DNA of 64,000 nucleotides from an uncultured Methanosarcinaceae archaeon (GTDB lineage Archaea; Halobacteriota; Methanosarcinia; Methanosarcinales; Methanosarcinaceae): NCBI GenBank assembly GCA_963727895.1, contig CAVSHT010000008.1, positions 227,580 to 291,579 of the forward strand, read 5' to 3'. Shown piece by piece: positions 59,587 to 64,000 of this stretch (position 1 is its first letter; each line of letters starts with the position of its first letter). The notes under the pieces were generated by a model. It saw only the letters and a program-made list of their open reading frames with translations, ran no database searches and was not told where the DNA came from. The position numbers and the translations under genes were made by a program.

Positions 59587-60051
59587 ATGCAGAACCAGAA
59601 TGCTATATAGCTATATAATATGTTAAACCGCCTAGGCAAGCAAATGCATCGTTTTTCTCATAGGACAGAACACAAACGCGGTCTATTCTTCGGTCAGTCA
59701 AAATTGTTGCAGCTAATCGCCAAAAATGAAGGAATTATCCAGAGGGACCTCGCGGAACAAATGGATATGCGCCCTTCATCTATGACAGAAGCGCTTGGAA
59801 GGCTGGAACAACTTAACCTTATTTTGCGTACAAGGGATGAAAAAGATCAAAGGACAATGCACATCTACCTGACAAATAAAGGAAAAGAAATTGTTGAAGA
59901 TACTGTTAAATCCGAAGAAGAATTCATGAAAAAATTTACAAATATCATGTTTAAGGAAATCTCGGAAGAAGAAATTGAAAAGATGCTTGAAATTACCTCA
60001 AAGCTGTGTAAAAGTCTTGATACGCTGGACTTGGAAAAATCGAAGAATTAG
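59587..60051 (+). CDS. MarR family regulator (in-frame TAG at codon 8 if ATG 59587 is used)
   Basis: GQSKLLQLI...QRDLAEQMDMRPSSMTEALGRLE...RDEKDQR...LTNKG. Confidence 0.88.
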
Positions 60052-60145
60052 GGCGAGGAACGCTGTCAATAATCACCACCATTAGAGAGAATGGGAATAA
60101 TGTCATCATTTTTGAATAATTATAAAACCGTGAAAGGATACATTT

Positions 60146-61894
60146 ATGTTTCAACTTATTAAAAAAAATCTTAAGGGCATAGCTCTCATTTGTTCTTTAC
60201 TTGCTCCTTTTTTGATGCTGGTAGAGGTTTTCATGGACCTTCAGCAACCCACGCTGATGTCAGATATTGTGGATATAGGCGTTCAAAACAGAGATATGGG
60301 GTATATATTATCTGTAGGCCTCAAAATGATACTTTGTGCGTTTACAGGATTAATTGGCGGCGCAGGATGTGGAGTGCTCGCCTCATTTGCATCTGTAAAG
60401 TTAGCTGGAAGTTTGAGAGAAGAGCTTTTTCATAAAATACAGTCGCTTTCCTATTCGGAAATTGATCATTTCAAAACATCGTCGCTTATTACAAAGTTGA
60501 CCAACGATGTGATGCAAATTCAGAACATGTTTCTCATGTTGCTGCGTGGAATGGTGCGTTCGCCATTATTGTGCATTGGCGGCATATTCATGTCCTTTTT
60601 GCTGAGTCCACGTCTTGCAGTTATTTTCTGCATCATTTTGCCTATAATCATCACTTGTGTTGCATTTGTAATGATGAAATCCGTGCCTCTTTACACGCAA
60701 ATGCAGCTCTGGCTTGACAAAGTTAATACTGTCATGCGTGAAAATCTGCTGGGGGTACGTGTTGTAAAAGCCTTCAATATGGAAGACAAACAAAATGCCC
60801 GTTTCAGCAAAGTGAATACCGAATTTACAGAAAAAAGCATACGAGCACAGAACCTGACCTTTACGCTTATGCCGATAGTTACTCTGATTATGAACCTGAG
60901 CATAGTTGCCATCCTGTGGTTCGGAGGTAATATGGTCGTATCCAGAGAGCTTGAAATAGGCAAGATAATGGCTTTTGTTAATTATCTTGTTCAGATAACA
61001 AACTCTCTAATAATGTTTGTCAACATGATTATAAACATTTCACGTGCACAGGCATCGACAGATCGTATTAAAGAGCTTTTAGAATGCGAAACGAGTATTA
61101 AGGAGTGCAGCTCCCCAGTATTGCCAAAGAATTATGACATTGAGTTCAAAAACGTCAGTTTCAGATACTGTGAAAGTGGAGACTATGTTCTGAGAGACCT
61201 GTCGTTCCTGTGTAAGGAAGGGCAGACAATTGGCATTATCGGAGCTACTGGTTCAGGAAAGAGCTCAGTTGTAAGCCTGATTCCTCGGCTGTATGATGCA
61301 ACCTGTGGACAGATTATGATTGGAGGTTGCAATGTTAAGGCCATACCAATACAGCATCTGCGCAGCAGTATCGGTATCGTGCTACAGGAAAAGATCCTTT
61401 TTCAGGGAACAGTTAAAGAAAACATGAATTTTGGCAATGAGGAAGCGGATGAGACTGAAATATGGGACTCACTTCATGTCTCTCAGGCAGAAGATTTTAT
61501 TCAGGCTCTTCCTAAAAAATTACAAAGCCAAATTGAACAAAGAGGTAAAAACTTTTCAGGTGGGCAGAAACAGCGCCTTTCCATAGCAAGAACTCTTTTA
61601 AAAAATCCAAAAATCTTGATTTTTGATGATTCCACAAGCGCAGTTGACCTTTCTACCGAAGCGCGCTTACAGTTTGAAATTGCAAAAAAGATGAACGGAA
61701 ACACGAGAAACACGATAATCATTATTGCACAACGTATCTCCGGCGTTATGGATGCAGACACAATATTGATGCTTGATCATGGCAGTGTTATTGCGAAAGG
61801 CACCCATAACGAATTATTGCAAAGCAATGAGATATATCGCAACATAGCTGTTTCACAGCTTGGAAAGGAGGTGCTCCTTAATGCCGCAGAATAA
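60146..61894 (+). CDS. Heterodimeric ABC exporter subunit 1 (TMD+NBD, degenerate site)
   Basis: GATGSGKSS, FSGGQKQR, IFDDSTSAVD, IAQR. Confidence 0.92.
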   Translation: MFQLIKKNLKGIALICSLLAPFLMLVEVFMDLQQPTLMSDIVDIGVQNRDMGYILSVGLKMILCAFTGLIGGAGCGVLASFASVKLAGSLREELFHKIQSLSYSEIDHFKTSSLITKLTNDVMQIQNMFLMLLRGMVRSPLLCIGGIFMSFLLSPRLAVIFCIILPIIITCVAFVMMKSVPLYTQMQLWLDKVNTVMRENLLGVRVVKAFNMEDKQNARFSKVNTEFTEKSIRAQNLTFTLMPIVTLIMNLSIVAILWFGGNMVVSRELEIGKIMAFVNYLVQITNSLIMFVNMIINISRAQASTDRIKELLECETSIKECSSPVLPKNYDIEFKNVSFRYCESGDYVLRDLSFLCKEGQTIGIIGATGSGKSSVVSLIPRLYDATCGQIMIGGCNVKAIPIQHLRSSIGIVLQEKILFQGTVKENMNFGNEEADETEIWDSLHVSQAEDFIQALPKKLQSQIEQRGKNFSGGQKQRLSIARTLLKNPKILIFDDSTSAVDLSTEARLQFEIAKKMNGNTRNTIIIIAQRISGVMDADTILMLDHGSVIAKGTHNELLQSNEIYRNIAVSQLGKEVLLNAAE

Positions 61895-63716
61895 CGTGAC
61901 GCCACGTGATTTTACAGGTCGCCCTGCAGGGGGACCGAGTGCTTTTATTCACAGGGAAAAAACAGAAATTAAAGACGTTAAGAGAACACTCAAACGTATT
62001 ATTATGTACCTTGGCAAACGGTGGCACATATTGCTTATCGTTTTTGTCTGTGCTCTTATTACAACGCTGATTACCATTATCGGCATTCAGCTAAACGGGT
62101 ATGCGGTTGACGAGTTCATATCTAATAAGGACATTGCCGGACTTGCTCGCATCTGTATTATCATGATTCCCATTTACCTTGTTTCGGCTTTTTCTACTTA
62201 CATGCAGAATTTTTTGATGATCCGTGTTGCCCAGAAAACGTCTGCAAATATCCGGAGCGATCTTTTCAGCAGCCTGCAAAAGTTACCCCTCAATTATTTT
62301 GATACCCATTCAAGCGGTGATCTCATGAGCCGCCTGACAAATGACGTTGACAATATTAACCTTACACTTTCACAGAGTATTGTGCAGCTTTTTTCTGGCA
62401 TCATCAGCGTTGTCGGTATGCTGATAGCAATGCTGCTGCTCAGCCCACTGCTTACACTAATCGGGCTGCTGACAATACCTCTAATGTTCTTTACATCAAA
62501 AATCCTTGCAGTAAAGTCACAGAAGTATTTTAAGGAGCAGCAATATGAGCTTGGACGACTTAATGGATACATAGAAGAAATGGTTTCCGGCCAAAAAGTT
62601 GTTAAGGTCTTTTCCCGAGAAAAGGAAGTAGAGGGGCATTTCAAAAAAATCAACGAAAAGCTGGTCTCCAGTTCTATAAAAGCACAAGCGATAAGCAGCG
62701 TCATGGGGCCAGTGAATAACACTATAAATAATCTGACCTATTTGATTATCACGGTCTGCGGCGGCATTTTAATAATAAAAGGATTTGCGGGAATCACTGT
62801 AGGAGTAATATTTTCTTTCCTGCTCTATATGCGCAATTTTACTCAGCCGATCAATAATATTCTCAACCTTTTCAGTACTATCCAGTCAGCCATTGCAGGT
62901 GCAGAGAGAGTATTTGAGGTAATGGATGAAGAAAAAGAAAGGGACGTGGATAATGCCAGAGACATTAAGAACATTGAAGGAAACGTGGAAATTGAATCCG
63001 TTAATTTTTCATACATACCCGGTAAACCTATACTTAAAGAGGCAACCATTTCTGCGAAAAAAGGTCAGACAATTGCCATAGTGGGCCCTACAGGTGCGGG
63101 AAAAACAACCATTATTAATCTGCTCACCAAATTTTATGATATTGATGGCGGAGCAATTTATATTGATGGACAAAATATAAATGCCATTACTAGAAAGAGT
63201 CTGCGGAAGTCTATTTCAATGGTACTGCAAGATACTTTTCTCTTCTCAGACACTATACGCGAGAATATCCGCTACGGTAGACTGACAGCGACAGACGAAG
63301 AAGTTGAACAGGCAGCAACTCTGGCACATGCCCATGATTTTATTATGCAATTACCACATGGTTATGATATGATTCTTACCGACAATGGAGGAAACCTTTC
63401 ACAGGGACAGCGGCAATTGCTTAGTATTGCGAGAGCCATGATAGCACAATCTTCTGTGTTGATACTTGATGAAGCAACTTCTTCAATTGATACACGGACT
63501 GAACTGATAATTCAGAGTGCACTGCTCAAACTGATGCACGGAAAAACAAGTTTTGTCATCGCACACCGCCTTTCTACTATCAAAAATGCAGATGAGATTA
63601 TTGTTTTAGATGGCGGACGAGTAGTAGAAACAGGTACTCATAGTGAACTGCTTGTTTTGGATGGTTTTTATGCCAACCTTTACAACAGTCAGTTCAAAAA
63701 AGGCATGGCAATATAA
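61881..63716 (+). CDS. Heterodimeric ABC exporter subunit 2 (TMD+NBD)
   Basis: GPTGAGKTT, LSQGQRQ, LDEATSSID, IAHRLST; AGGAGG before ATG 61881. Confidence 0.92.
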   Translation: MPQNNVTPRDFTGRPAGGPSAFIHREKTEIKDVKRTLKRIIMYLGKRWHILLIVFVCALITTLITIIGIQLNGYAVDEFISNKDIAGLARICIIMIPIYLVSAFSTYMQNFLMIRVAQKTSANIRSDLFSSLQKLPLNYFDTHSSGDLMSRLTNDVDNINLTLSQSIVQLFSGIISVVGMLIAMLLLSPLLTLIGLLTIPLMFFTSKILAVKSQKYFKEQQYELGRLNGYIEEMVSGQKVVKVFSREKEVEGHFKKINEKLVSSSIKAQAISSVMGPVNNTINNLTYLIITVCGGILIIKGFAGITVGVIFSFLLYMRNFTQPINNILNLFSTIQSAIAGAERVFEVMDEEKERDVDNARDIKNIEGNVEIESVNFSYIPGKPILKEATISAKKGQTIAIVGPTGAGKTTIINLLTKFYDIDGGAIYIDGQNINAITRKSLRKSISMVLQDTFLFSDTIRENIRYGRLTATDEEVEQAATLAHAHDFIMQLPHGYDMILTDNGGNLSQGQRQLLSIARAMIAQSSVLILDEATSSIDTRTELIIQSALLKLMHGKTSFVIAHRLSTIKNADEIIVLDGGRVVETGTHSELLVLDGFYANLYNSQFKKGMAI

Positions 63717-64000
63717 TTGCACTCTTTTTCTAACTTGAATAATAATGTCATAAGTTCAGAATAAATCACTGTTACTTGAAGAGAAGATTGTTTAGGCAAT
63801 AAATTTTCTACAAAATAATAAGGAGTATTTAAAAACAGAAAAGTAATTTATTCTGAATTCAAAAAATATTTATTTATTTTCCAAGGATTCAGGTGTTCAA
63901 AAACATTAAATATTTACTCAACTACAAGATTTATGAGAAATAGAATACCAAAGACCGTACAAAACACTTAAAATAAAAAAGATACTTGTAAGGATTAAGA

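Overview
AT-rich archaeal chromosome segment, almost certainly from a Methanosarcina species. The call rests on HdrA2-MvhD plus polyferredoxin, fwdGBD, purN-glyA-folD, carS-pyrE, purD-argF, a PGF-CTERM surface protein and tRNA-Leu(CAG). Core blocks alternate with heavily IS-scarred accessory blocks: three full IS6 copies plus three orphan ends, seven IS1-family copies, and one IS481-like element nested in an IS1. There are many truncated or frameshifted genes; some are real decay, others look like +1 homopolymer sequencing errors. The most interesting items are: (1) a 3.4-kb plasmid/virus-like remnant (24.2-27.6 kb) with an origin-like repeat region, a ParB-like protein and an unusual fusion of a nucleoside-2-deoxyribosyltransferase/N-glycosidase-like domain to an archaeal RPA-type OB/CCCH zinc-finger domain, a candidate new defence or addiction protein; (2) a mini-island bounded by tRNA-Leu att repeats that carries a DUF4157 (eCIS-core) protein with an Ntox47-like RNase tip, knocked out of frame by an exact 10-bp tandem duplication; (3) a bacterial subtype-A tannase-like gene between IS6 copies; (4) a destroyed NACHT-HEAT (NLR-like) gene; (5) a MarR gene with an in-frame amber codon; (6) a candidate structured RNA ahead of glyA-folD. 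All family assignments come from motif recognition by eye, not from database searches.
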